From NCBI RefSeq assembly GCF_000428945.1, contig NZ_AUAX01000035.1, forward strand, positions 15,368 to 79,367: DNA of 64,000 nt, written 5' to 3'. Each line of letters opens with the position of its first letter. Position 1 is the first letter of the stretch. The notes under the pieces are model-generated. The model was not told where the DNA came from, searched no databases, and was given only the letters and a program-made list of their open reading frames with translations. Of the stretch, positions 33,123 to 41,831 are shown in pieces. Source of the stretch: Hamadaea tsunoensis DSM 44101. Lineage in GTDB: Bacteria; Actinomycetota; Actinomycetes; Mycobacteriales; Micromonosporaceae. A program made the position numbers and the translations under genes.

Positions 33123-34376
33123 ATGACGCAGGCGATCAGCCCACCGACCCGCGCCGAGCAGCGCGTACAGCGTGTCGCGCATTTCACCGACACCTATCTG
33201 CCGCGGCGCGACGGGGTGGTGACGTCGCTGCGGACGTTGTGCCGGGAACTGGACGCCGACGGGTGCGCCACGGTCACCGTCGCCCCGCGCCACCGGGAGC
33301 AGCCGCCGTCCACCGACCTGCTCACGCTCCGCTCGGTGCCGTGCGGCGTGGCCGATCTGCGGCTCGGCGGCTGGCCCACCGCCGCCGCCCTCGAACGTGT
33401 CGCCCACCGGCGACCCGACCTCATCCACGTCCACACGCCCGGGCCCATGGGCCTGCTCGGCACGATCGTCGCGCGCCGGCTCGGCGTACCGCTGGTGCAC
33501 AGCTATCACACCGACCTGTACGCGTACGCCGAGGCGTACCGGGTGCCGGCCAGGGCTCTGGAACTCGGCCTGCAGTACTACGCCCGGCATCTCGGCGCGC
33601 CGGGCCGGTGCGGCCAGGCGGGCGAGATCAGCCGCCGGCACCGGGCGCTGGACGGTCTGCACAAGCTGCTGCTGGGCCGGGCGGATGCCGTGATCGTCCC
33701 GACGCCGGCGGTGCTCGAACGGGCCCACCTGCCCGTCCCCGCCGAACGGATCTTCCTCGTCCCCGCCGGGGTCGCCGCGCGTCCGGTCACCCCCGCGGAG
33801 GTCGCCGCCTTCCGTACGCGCTGGGGCCTGCGCGAGGACGACGCCGTGGCCCTGTTCGTCGGCCGGGTCAACCGGGAGAAGGGCGTCGACCTGCTGATCT
33901 CCGCGTTCGCCCGGGTCGCCGCACGGGTGCCGGCGGCCCGGCTGCTCCTGATCGGAGCGGTCTACGAACCCCGCTGGGTACGCCGCCTGCTCGCCGCGGC
34001 CGGAGTGGAGTCCCGCGTGGTGATCACCGGTCAGCTGCCGCCGGAGGAGGTCGCGGCCGCGTACGCCTGCGCGCGCGTGTTCGCCTTCCCGTCCCTCACC
34101 GACACCCAGGGACTCGTGCTGCAGGAGGCGGCGCTGGCCGGCGTACCGTCGCTGCTCTGCGATCCACAGCTGCACCGGACCGGAGTGCTCGGCGAGACGG
34201 CTCTGCTGGCCCCGCCGCTCCCCGACGCGTACGCGGAGATGCTGACCGCGCTGCTCACGAGCCCGGGGACGGCCAAGGCGGCCGGGGCGCGGGCCCGGGA
34301 GCGCGCGATGCACCACACCCCCGCCCGGTACGCCGCCACGATGCGTGACGTCTACGCCTTCGCAGCGTCACGATGA
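33123..34376 (+). CDS. GT4-family glycosyltransferase
   Basis: N-terminal RVAHFTDTYLP motif; C-terminal GT4 E-x7-E region (PSLTDTQGLVLQEAALAGVPSL). Confidence 0.75.
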   Translation: MTQAISPPTRAEQRVQRVAHFTDTYLPRRDGVVTSLRTLCRELDADGCATVTVAPRHREQPPSTDLLTLRSVPCGVADLRLGGWPTAAALERVAHRRPDLIHVHTPGPMGLLGTIVARRLGVPLVHSYHTDLYAYAEAYRVPARALELGLQYYARHLGAPGRCGQAGEISRRHRALDGLHKLLLGRADAVIVPTPAVLERAHLPVPAERIFLVPAGVAARPVTPAEVAAFRTRWGLREDDAVALFVGRVNREKGVDLLISAFARVAARVPAARLLLIGAVYEPRWVRRLLAAAGVESRVVITGQLPPEEVAAAYACARVFAFPSLTDTQGLVLQEAALAGVPSLLCDPQLHRTGVLGETALLAPPLPDAYAEMLTALLTSPGTAKAAGARARERAMHHTPARYAATMRDVYAFAASR

Positions 34377-34390
34377 GTGTCTATCATGGC

Positions 34391-34487
34391 CGCCAAGATC
34401 CGGTTTGGATCAGGTTTTCGCACGTAATCTTGGCCCAAGATTCGGGTGATTTCCCTGATCCAAACGGGATCTTGGGGGCGGGACCCG
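34391..34487. repeat. Palindromic intergenic repeat, copy 2, between convergent gene ends
   Basis: GATCCGGTTTGGATCAGGTTTTCGCACGTAATCTTGGCCCAAGATTCGGGTGATTTCCCTGATCCAAACGGGATC. Confidence 0.6.
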
Positions 34488-34498
34488 CGGGGTAGCGG

Positions 34499-35401
34499 TC
34501 AGGCGGTGACGAGGGAGAGGTGGGTGGGGGCGACCTCGATCGCGACGCGCTGGCCGAAGGCCAGGGTCAGCCGGTCGTCCTCGATGCCGTCCGCGAAGCA
34601 GACCAGCTGCTCGCCCTCGCTCGTCAGTTCCAGCCGCCGGCCGCTCTCGACCAGCCCGGCGGTCAGCGTGACGCCGGTCGCGGGGGAGGGCCAGGCCTCG
34701 CGGACGAACCAGGCGAGCTCGGCCTGCTCGGGCGCGGGCAGCGCGGGCGAACTGGCCCGCTCGCGGGCGATGGACGCGCACCAGCCGGTCGCGCCCGTAC
34801 CCGTCCCGGCGATCACCCCGGACGACGACTGCCGCTCCCGGCGTCCGTCCGGTGTGGACAGGGCGTACCGGGCGGACTGGTGGCTGGTGTGGCCGAAGAA
34901 GATCTCGTTGAGCCCGGTGATCCGCTGGCCGTCGTCGAGGGTCGCCATCGCCATCGTCCGCCGCTGCACCGCCGCCCGCCCCGCCTGCACCGCCGGCAGC
35001 AGCCCCGCGACCTGCCCGGCCCGCAACGGCACGAGTACGCCGGCGTTGCGCCCCGGCTCCGGATCTACCCCGAGGACCGGCTGGCCGGACAGGTACTTGG
35101 CGACGTTGGCGACCAGCCCGTCGGGGCCGACGGCGACCACGATGTCCTCGGGCCCGAACAGGAACCGGGACAGGTCCGCCCGGCTGACCGAACCCCGCCG
35201 CCACGAGGCCGGAATGGCGGCGCTGACCGAGATCAGCGCCGCCTCCAGCGCGTCGTGCCGCACCTGCACCTCGTCGAGGCTGCGCTTGCGCTGCTTGAGG
35301 AAGTAGCCGGCGGCGGCGCGCGTACCGTGGCGGTCGAGGAGCTCCTCCAGCTCGCTGTGGCGCGACACGATCACCACCCGCGGCGCGAGCGAGCTGCTCA
35401 T
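34499..35401 (-). CDS. ATP-NAD kinase-family protein with a variant GGDG motif (GPDG)
   Basis: VVAVGPDGLVANVAKYL in place of GGDGT; NEIFF (NE/D short motif); conserved glycine-rich C-terminal region; ATGA overlap with the upstream SPFH gene. Confidence 0.55.
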   Translation of the reverse strand: MSSSLAPRVVIVSRHSELEELLDRHGTRAAAGYFLKQRKRSLDEVQVRHDALEAALISVSAAIPASWRRGSVSRADLSRFLFGPEDIVVAVGPDGLVANVAKYLSGQPVLGVDPEPGRNAGVLVPLRAGQVAGLLPAVQAGRAAVQRRTMAMATLDDGQRITGLNEIFFGHTSHQSARYALSTPDGRRERQSSSGVIAGTGTGATGWCASIARERASSPALPAPEQAELAWFVREAWPSPATGVTLTAGLVESGRRLELTSEGEQLVCFADGIEDDRLTLAFGQRVAIEVAPTHLSLVTA

Positions 35402-36465
35402 GTGTTCTTCGTACGCCGTTGCGCGGGCACCTCGCCACCGCCCGGGGCCAGCCGCTGCAGGAGATCGGTGACGACGTCCGGGGTGATCGTGAGGGCCTTG
35501 ATGTCGGGCAGCTTCCCGGCGAACTCGCGCACGGTCACGGACTGCAGGACGGCATCCGGCAGGTCCCGGTACGCCGCGAGCCGCGCCGCCTCCTTCTCGG
35601 CTTCGGCGAGGCCGAGCGCGCGGACGGCGGCGGCCCGGGCGTCGGCGAGCACCTTCTCGCGTTCGGCCTGCCCGGCCGTGGCCAGCTTCTCCCGTTCGGA
35701 CTGGCCCTGCGCCTCGGCGAGCTGCGCGGCCGCGTCCAGTTCGGCCTGCCGCCGGGCGTTGGCGCCGTGCTGCTCGACCAGCTGCTGCTCTCGCCGGGCG
35801 AGCTCGATCTTGTTCTGCAGCTCGTTCTCGGCGATCGCCCGCTCCTGCTCGACCGCCTGGGCGCGGCGGGCGTACGTGGCCCGGTCGGCGTCCGCCTGGA
35901 CCGTCTCCCGGGTCGGCGTCTGCAGGGCCCGCTCCAGCTCCGGCTCGGGCCGGATGGCGACCACGCGCGCGCTGACGACGCGTACGCCGAGATCGGAGAG
36001 CCGGGCGTCCTCGGCGAGCGCGGCGGAGACGGCCTCGCGCACCGGCGAGATCCCCGCGGTGAGGGCCTCGGCGAGCGGGAGGCGGGCCAGCAGGTCGAGT
36101 GCGGGCTGCTGGGCGAGCTCCGCGAGCAGCGTGGCCACCTGGTCGAGCGGGCGGGCGGCCGCGGCGCCGGTGGCCGGGTTGATGGAGAAGTCGAGGCGCG
36201 AAGCGGCGGCCGCGGGGTCGGCGACGCGATAAGTGACCGTCGCCTGGACGGTGATGTCGCTGAAGTCGGCCGACCGCGCGTGGAACAGCAGCGGCAGCTC
36301 GCGGTCGTCGACGGGGACCTCGCTGAGCACGGCGGTCAGCGGCCGGTACCAGAAGGACAGGCCGACGCCCTCGCGCTTGACCCGGCCCTTGGCGTGGTGC
36401 CTGATCCAGGTGGTGGGGGTGCTGCGCAGGTGCCGAAGGAAGAACCGACGGGAGATGTCGGCCAT
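35398..36465 (-). CDS. SPFH/band-7 domain protein with Ala/Glu-rich coiled-coil C-terminus
   Basis: SPFH core (TVQATVTYRVADP...); coiled coil; middle gene of a three-gene operon. Confidence 0.7.
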   Translation of the reverse strand: MADISRRFFLRHLRSTPTTWIRHHAKGRVKREGVGLSFWYRPLTAVLSEVPVDDRELPLLFHARSADFSDITVQATVTYRVADPAAAASRLDFSINPATGAAAARPLDQVATLLAELAQQPALDLLARLPLAEALTAGISPVREAVSAALAEDARLSDLGVRVVSARVVAIRPEPELERALQTPTRETVQADADRATYARRAQAVEQERAIAENELQNKIELARREQQLVEQHGANARRQAELDAAAQLAEAQGQSEREKLATAGQAEREKVLADARAAAVRALGLAEAEKEAARLAAYRDLPDAVLQSVTVREFAGKLPDIKALTITPDVVTDLLQRLAPGGGEVPAQRRTKNT

Positions 36466-36480
36466 GGGGGGAGTCCTTTC

Positions 36481-37170
36481 CTACGCTCTATGGGGGGTCT
36501 TCGCGTCCCCGGGAGTCTTCGCGGTACGGCGGGACAGCATTCCGGCGAGCCGGGAGAACACGATGATGAGCAGCCAGGAGAACTCGGCGTAGTCCGGCTT
36601 CGCGAAGGCGATCGGGATGGACAGCGCGAAGACGAACGCGGCCACCCCGGCGCCGACGATCATGTTGTGGCTGACGTGCGCCGGCGTACCCTTGCGCCAC
36701 AGCTTCTGCCGGTTGGCGGTGATCACCATGAGGATGAGGGCCAGCGACCAGAGGATCATCGCGCTCGCGTAGAAGACCGGGCCGAGCGGGCCGCCGTTGT
36801 CGACGCTGAGCAGCCGCGTTCCGAACGGCACGACCACGATCGCGAACAGGCTCACCATGTTGAGGAAGACGAGCCGGCCGCTGAGCACGTTGATGCGCTG
36901 GAAGAACCGGTGGTGCTCCCACCAGAAGAACGAGATCACGGCGAAGCTGATGGCGAAGGACCGGTACTCGTCTCCTCCCGCCAGGAACTCCACCCACACC
37001 TCATGGGTGCTCTTGCCGAGGCCCTCGGGCACCGGCAGCTCCAGCGCCAGCAGCGTCAGCGCGATCGCGATCACGGCGTCGGAGAAGTAGATGGTCCGTT
37101 CGAGGCTGTGGCCCGGCTCGTCGAGGTCGGCGGTCGTTTCGGCGGTCGTCGTCACGGCGTCATTCTGCAA
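36481..37170 (-). CDS. DUF1211 / TMEM175-like membrane protein (putative K+ channel homologue)
   Basis: Signature RTIYFSDAVIAIALTLLALEL in TM1 (TMEM175 family FSD..AIA.TLL); six predicted TM segments. Confidence 0.65.
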   Translation of the reverse strand: MQNDAVTTTAETTADLDEPGHSLERTIYFSDAVIAIALTLLALELPVPEGLGKSTHEVWVEFLAGGDEYRSFAISFAVISFFWWEHHRFFQRINVLSGRLVFLNMVSLFAIVVVPFGTRLLSVDNGGPLGPVFYASAMILWSLALILMVITANRQKLWRKGTPAHVSHNMIVGAGVAAFVFALSIPIAFAKPDYAEFSWLLIIVFSRLAGMLSRRTAKTPGDAKTPHRA

Positions 37171-37262
37171 TACGCCCGACAGTTGTGGGACTCGCCGGTC
37201 GCCCGCCGTCTACGCTCGCCCCCGGTTCCGCCCGGCCGGGCGGTCAGGCTCAGGGAGACTCC

Positions 37263-37895
37263 ATGGCGGTCGTCAGGCGTACGGGCAACGTCGTACCACA
37301 TCAGACAGCAGCGGCAGCACCCGCGACACCGGCGGCGTCGGACACCGCGGCGGCGCCGACCAAGCCCGCCCACCTGTGGGCCGTGGCGATCGGCGTCGGC
37401 TTCGTCGCGGCCGGCCTGCTCGGGGGGTACCTGATCTGGAACGGCATGCACGCCAACACCTTCCGCGCGACCAGCGAAGGATCCATCTTCGCCGCCCTGG
37501 TCGTCTTCACCGCCGCGGTCGAGCGGGTCATGGAGCCCTTCACCCGCTGGCTGCCCGGCAAGACCGCGCAGCAGAAACTGGACTGGGCGATCGCCGCGAT
37601 GGAGAACGGCGTCGGCAGCGTCGTCAGCGCCGCGGACGCCAAGGCCGGGGCCGAGCAGGCCAAGGCGGACAAGGGCGTCATCGCCTGGGGCATCGCGACC
37701 GCGCTGGCCACGCTGTTCTCGGCGGGCAGCGGGTTCTACATGCTCCACATGATCGCGTCGAATCCGGACTGGAACGTGATCCCGCAGTGGCTGGACGCGC
37801 TGATCACCGGCCTGATCGTCGGCAGTGGAACCAAGCCCGTGCACGACCTGATCAGCCGCGTACAGCAGGCGAAGGACAAGGTCGCGGGCCTGTAG
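37263..37895 (+). CDS. Hypothetical membrane protein (3-4 TM segments)
   Basis: ORF with SD GGGAGAC 6 nt before the ATG; hydrophobic segments; no recognisable family. Confidence 0.45.
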   Translation: MAVVRRTGNVVPHQTAAAAPATPAASDTAAAPTKPAHLWAVAIGVGFVAAGLLGGYLIWNGMHANTFRATSEGSIFAALVVFTAAVERVMEPFTRWLPGKTAQQKLDWAIAAMENGVGSVVSAADAKAGAEQAKADKGVIAWGIATALATLFSAGSGFYMLHMIASNPDWNVIPQWLDALITGLIVGSGTKPVHDLISRVQQAKDKVAGL

Positions 37896-38004
37896 CTCCT
37901 TCTCTCCTCTCCCCCTCTTCCGGCGATCTTGCGCGAATGTTCGGGCCTGTCGGGCATTCCGGACGAATTTTGAGACATTCGTGCAAGATCGTCGGGAGCG
38001 GAGA

Positions 38005-39405
38005 TCAGTTCTTGCGGGACCCCAGGAGCCAGCCCTTGCGGACGGGGCCGGATTCCGGGCCGCCGAGTTGCAGCCGTTCGGGGGTGATCACCGGCAGTTC
38101 TCCGGTCGGCTCGGACAGGCCGGGGACCGGCGGCCGGACGATCGGTGCTGCCCGGCGCTGGGCGGGGATGGCCGGCGTCGGGACCGGTGCCGTCGCCGAC
38201 GCGTGGAACGGACAACGGCCCAGGTCGCGGGCTGTCTCGTCGAGGTAGAAGTTGGGGCGCTGGTCCGCTTCGGGGTAGTACCGGTGGAAGACCGGCGAGA
38301 TCGAGCCCGACATCGGCGGCACGAGCCAGGTCCAGTCCCCGGGGACGGTACGCCCCGACCGTTCCTCGCGTTCGATGTGCGTCAGGAAGTGCCGGGACTC
38401 GGTGTGGTGGTCGGCGATCTTCACGCCGGCCTGCTCGAACGACCAGAGGACCGCGCGGTTGAGCTCGACCAGCGCCCGGTCCCGCCAGAGGGTCGTCTCG
38501 CGGCCGGTGTCGAGGCCGAGCCGGGCGGCGATGACCGGCAGCTGGTCGTAGCGGTCGGCGTCGGCGAGGTTGCGCGCGCCGATCTCGGTACCCATGTACC
38601 AGCCCGAGAACGGGGCGAGCGGATAGTGCACGCCGCCGATGGTCAGCCGCATGTTGGAGATCGCCGGTACGCCGTGCCACCGCAGCCCCAGCTCGGCGAA
38701 CCACGGCAGGTCGGGGTGGCTGAGCGGCACTTCGAGGACGGCGTCCTCGGGCAGGTCGACGAGGTGGGGTTCCTGCCCGGGTTCCTGCAGGACGAGCGGC
38801 AGGATGTCGAACGAGCTGTGCTTGCCCCGCCAGCCGAGCTCCGACACCGCCTCGGTGAACTCCACGTACGCCTGGTCGCCGAGCCCGTCGCGGTAGCCGG
38901 CGTACCGGATGAGCTGCTCGTTCCACAGCACGGTACGCGGCCGCCCCGGCACGGCCTGCGGGAAGATCGAGATGACCGGCCGCAGGCGGCCCCGGTTCAC
39001 GCCCCGGCCGGAAGCCATCAGCAGGTGCTCGACGAGGTGCTCGGCGGTGGCCTCGACGGTGGTGACCCCGCGCAGGTCGCGGACGACCAGACTGTTCCAG
39101 TAGAGCCGGCCGATGCACCGGCTCGCGTTGCGCCACGCCATCCGGGCACCGTGCGCCAGTTCCGCGCGGGTGTGCGCGTACGTGCCGAGGGCGGCGATCT
39201 GCTCGCGTACCTGCTCGATCCGGTGTGCCGCCTGGGCGTCCCCGCCGAGCTTGGGGTTCTCGGCGTACACCCGTTGCAGGAAGTCCGCTGCCTCGTCGGG
39301 ATCGGTGGGCTCGTTGTGGAACTGGCTGAGGGGCGCATCACGATAGCCGGGGGGCGGGTTCATTCCGTCAGTTATTGGTGTGGCTTGATGCGGCGTGTCG
39401 GACAT
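38005..39405 (-). CDS. nos: Bacterial nitric oxide synthase oxygenase domain with a ~70-aa Pro-rich C-terminal extension
   Basis: GARMAWRNASRCIGRLYWNSL (heme Cys loop); RYAGY; WYMGTEIGARNLAD; end-to-end alignment to bsNOS; start codon uncertain (39405 or 39363). Confidence 0.85.
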   Translation of the reverse strand: MSDTPHQATPITDGMNPPPGYRDAPLSQFHNEPTDPDEAADFLQRVYAENPKLGGDAQAAHRIEQVREQIAALGTYAHTRAELAHGARMAWRNASRCIGRLYWNSLVVRDLRGVTTVEATAEHLVEHLLMASGRGVNRGRLRPVISIFPQAVPGRPRTVLWNEQLIRYAGYRDGLGDQAYVEFTEAVSELGWRGKHSSFDILPLVLQEPGQEPHLVDLPEDAVLEVPLSHPDLPWFAELGLRWHGVPAISNMRLTIGGVHYPLAPFSGWYMGTEIGARNLADADRYDQLPVIAARLGLDTGRETTLWRDRALVELNRAVLWSFEQAGVKIADHHTESRHFLTHIEREERSGRTVPGDWTWLVPPMSGSISPVFHRYYPEADQRPNFYLDETARDLGRCPFHASATAPVPTPAIPAQRRAAPIVRPPVPGLSEPTGELPVITPERLQLGGPESGPVRKGWLLGSRKN

Positions 39406-39485
39406 AATGTGCGACACGCGTGGGCCACACATGACCGAATGTCGATGCCGCTCGGACGGGGGAGCCCTTCCCGGTGACCGTCCGT

Positions 39486-40115
39486 CTAGGCGACGGCCTC
39501 CCGCACCGCCGGGCGCAGCGCGTACACGACACCGGTCGCGAGCAGGAACTGGGCCAGGATGTAGGTGGTCATCACCCAGATGTCCGACGGCCACAGCTGC
39601 GGCCGGTCGGCCAGTCCCATCGCGAGGATCGCGTCGGACACGACGAACAGCAGCCCGCCGAGGCCCGTACGCAGGCCGTAGCCGGCCGACGTCGCGCCGG
39701 TGGCGATCAGCAGCAGAGAGTAGGCCGCCACCGGGACGCGCAGACCCGCGTCCAGCCCCGGCCACAGCCACACGATCAGCAGCAGCCACACGACCAGGTA
39801 GGCCGCCGGGATCCACGGCCGCCTGCGCAGGCCCGCGAAGGCGCCGTTGCGCACGAAGTACGTCACGTAGCAGGCGTGCCCGACCGCGAAGCACCCCATG
39901 CCGACGATGAACCAGCCGTCGAAGCCCAGCGTGATGTCGCCCGCCGCGCCGAACAGCAGCGCCGCGACGATCGGCTTCGGCCCCCGCCGCGTCGCCACCC
40001 ACAGCGCCAGCGTGGGCACCAGCACCCACTTCGTCAGCTGCTCCAGCCAGTGCGGCCCCGTTTCGAGCGAGACCAGATGAGCCAGACCCACCATGGCGTA
40101 CGCGACGAGGATCAT
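39486..40115 (-). CDS. YhhN-family membrane protein (TMEM86/lysoplasmalogenase-like)
   Basis: Eight TM segments with YhhN motifs (FGAAGDITL...FVVSDAILA); ATGA overlap with the upstream hydroxylase gene. Confidence 0.65.
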   Translation of the reverse strand: MILVAYAMVGLAHLVSLETGPHWLEQLTKWVLVPTLALWVATRRGPKPIVAALLFGAAGDITLGFDGWFIVGMGCFAVGHACYVTYFVRNGAFAGLRRRPWIPAAYLVVWLLLIVWLWPGLDAGLRVPVAAYSLLLIATGATSAGYGLRTGLGGLLFVVSDAILAMGLADRPQLWPSDIWVMTTYILAQFLLATGVVYALRPAVREAVA

Positions 40116-40960
40116 GCGTCTCCCTCCGAGCGGGACGGCTGCCAGCCCGGGCCGCCGAAGACACGGCCGAGGCGCTCACGCCAGGTCGTGGCGGCCTTCA
40201 GGTCACGGCCGATGGACGCGTACTCGTGCAGGGCCACGCGCAGCGGGTTGAAGGTGTCGATGTTCTTGGTCAGGCCGTAGACGGGCCGCTCGGTCTCCGG
40301 GGCGAACGAGCCGAAGAGCCGGTCCCAGACGATCAGGATGCCGCCGAAGTTGCGGTCCAGGTACCCGCCCTGCGAAGCATGGTGTACGCGGTGGTGCGAC
40401 GGCGTGTTCAGCATGAACTCGAACGGCCGGGGCAGCCTGTCGATGCGCTCGGTGTGGATCCAGAACTGGTACACCAGGTTCACCGAACTGCAGAACGCCA
40501 GCACCGCCGGGTGTACGCCGAGCGCGATCATCGGCAGGTAGAACAGCCAGCTCGTGAAGCCGGTCCACGGCTGCCGGAGGGCGGTCGACAGGTTGAACCG
40601 CCGGCTGGAGTGGTGCACGACGTGCGACGCCCACAGCAGCCGGATGTTGTGGTGGCCCCGGTGCGACCAGTAGTAGAAGAAGTCCTGGGCCAGCAGGCAC
40701 AGCAGGATCCACTGCCACTCGATCGGTACGCGTACCGGCGTGACCGTGTAGATCGCCGAGTACACGAGGGCCGGGATGATGCCCCAGAGCGTGTCGAAGA
40801 AGAGGCTGCCCAGGCCCATGGACAGGCTCGTGGCGGTGTCCTTGGCGCCGTAGCCGACCTCGTCCTCGTCCGGATGGAGCCGGTAGGAGATCGCCTCCAG
40901 CAGGGTGAGCAGGATGAACGCCGGGACGGACCACAGCACGACGTTGGGCAGCGCGGGCAT
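40112..40960 (-). CDS. Fatty acid hydroxylase superfamily membrane di-iron oxygenase (sterol desaturase / alkylglycerol monooxygenase-like)
   Basis: Histidine boxes HRGHH, HVVHH and HHRVHH; four TM segments. Confidence 0.7.
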   Translation of the reverse strand: MPALPNVVLWSVPAFILLTLLEAISYRLHPDEDEVGYGAKDTATSLSMGLGSLFFDTLWGIIPALVYSAIYTVTPVRVPIEWQWILLCLLAQDFFYYWSHRGHHNIRLLWASHVVHHSSRRFNLSTALRQPWTGFTSWLFYLPMIALGVHPAVLAFCSSVNLVYQFWIHTERIDRLPRPFEFMLNTPSHHRVHHASQGGYLDRNFGGILIVWDRLFGSFAPETERPVYGLTKNIDTFNPLRVALHEYASIGRDLKAATTWRERLGRVFGGPGWQPSRSEGDA

Positions 40961-41007
40961 GCGCGGGATACTAGCGAGTACTTTTCGCGTTAGGAAGAGG
41001 CTTCAAG

Positions 41008-41831
41008 TTCAAGATCTTTTATAAGATTTTGTCCCGGGTTTGTCGATCTCACGTCCGCTCCTCGCGCGGGAGACCGTTTACCCCCAACCCCTGCCCGGCC
41101 TTTGTCGCGACTGTCTGATGTGGCGGCTGGGTGGATCGGCTGGTCGGTGATCGTTCGCGGTGGGGATGTAGTTTCCGGGTCCATCCTCTCGATCCATTGC
41201 GGTTGGGATGTGGGTAGAGGCTGTTTTCCTGCATCCCGACCGCCGTGGATCTTGGAGATGGGGTGCGTTTTGACGTCTCAGCCGTTGTGGATCACGTCCA
41301 CGCCGTCCCGCTGAGAGCCATAGTCCGTGATGCGGGAACGATCTTCCGCCAGGCGGGCACGGCGCACTGGCTCCTTGATCGTTTGCGGCTGGGGTGTAAA
41401 TCCGGCCCGATCTGCATGATCAATTACGCGTCAGGTGTAGCAGGACCCGGTCAGCGCGCTCCAGAACCGTAAACGATCATGCATCGGGTGGCCGTTTCCA
41501 CACCACAGCCGTAAACGATCACCCCACCGACCGCCGCCCCGCACCCATATCGGACAGTCGCGACAAAGCCAGAACCGGCCAGGGCGGATGGTGACCCCGA
41601 TCCTCAAGATCGTCGACCGCGACCGCCGCAAGCCGGACAGTCAGGACAAGGGCTGGGCGGGGGTGGCGTTGGACGGTGACCGGACGACGGTGGACGATGC
41701 GTCGCCCCAGAAAGCTGGCAGTGGAGTCCCCGGAGCGCAGCGACAGGGGCGCAACGGTCTCCCGCGGGAGGGGCGGAAGTGAGATCGACGAACCCGGGAC
41801 AAAAGAGCTTAAAAGATCTTGAATTTATTTA
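41008..41831. mobile_element. MITE-like non-autonomous element copy B (~824 bp), same orientation as copy A
   Basis: Same ~50-bp TIRs (TTTTGTCCCGGGTTTGTCGATCTCACGTCCGCTCCTCGCGCGGGAGACCGTT / reverse complement at the right end); same internal sub-repeats; a left-arm deletion relative to copy A. Confidence 0.6.

Noticed and set aside
39406-40179. N-terminal 258 residues of the 724-aa NOS ORF
   Set aside because: They overlap the well-supported YhhN gene in another frame. The bsNOS alignment begins near residue 259-273, so the true start was placed at 39405 (or 39363).
11165-41831. Composite transposon or genomic island bounded by the two 815-bp elements
   Set aside because: The two copies are in direct orientation 29 kb apart, but the intervening genes (repair, sigma, ceb operon, NOS and others) have ordinary GC content and show no integrase, transposase or tRNA boundary. 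Independent MITE insertions explain the pattern more simply.
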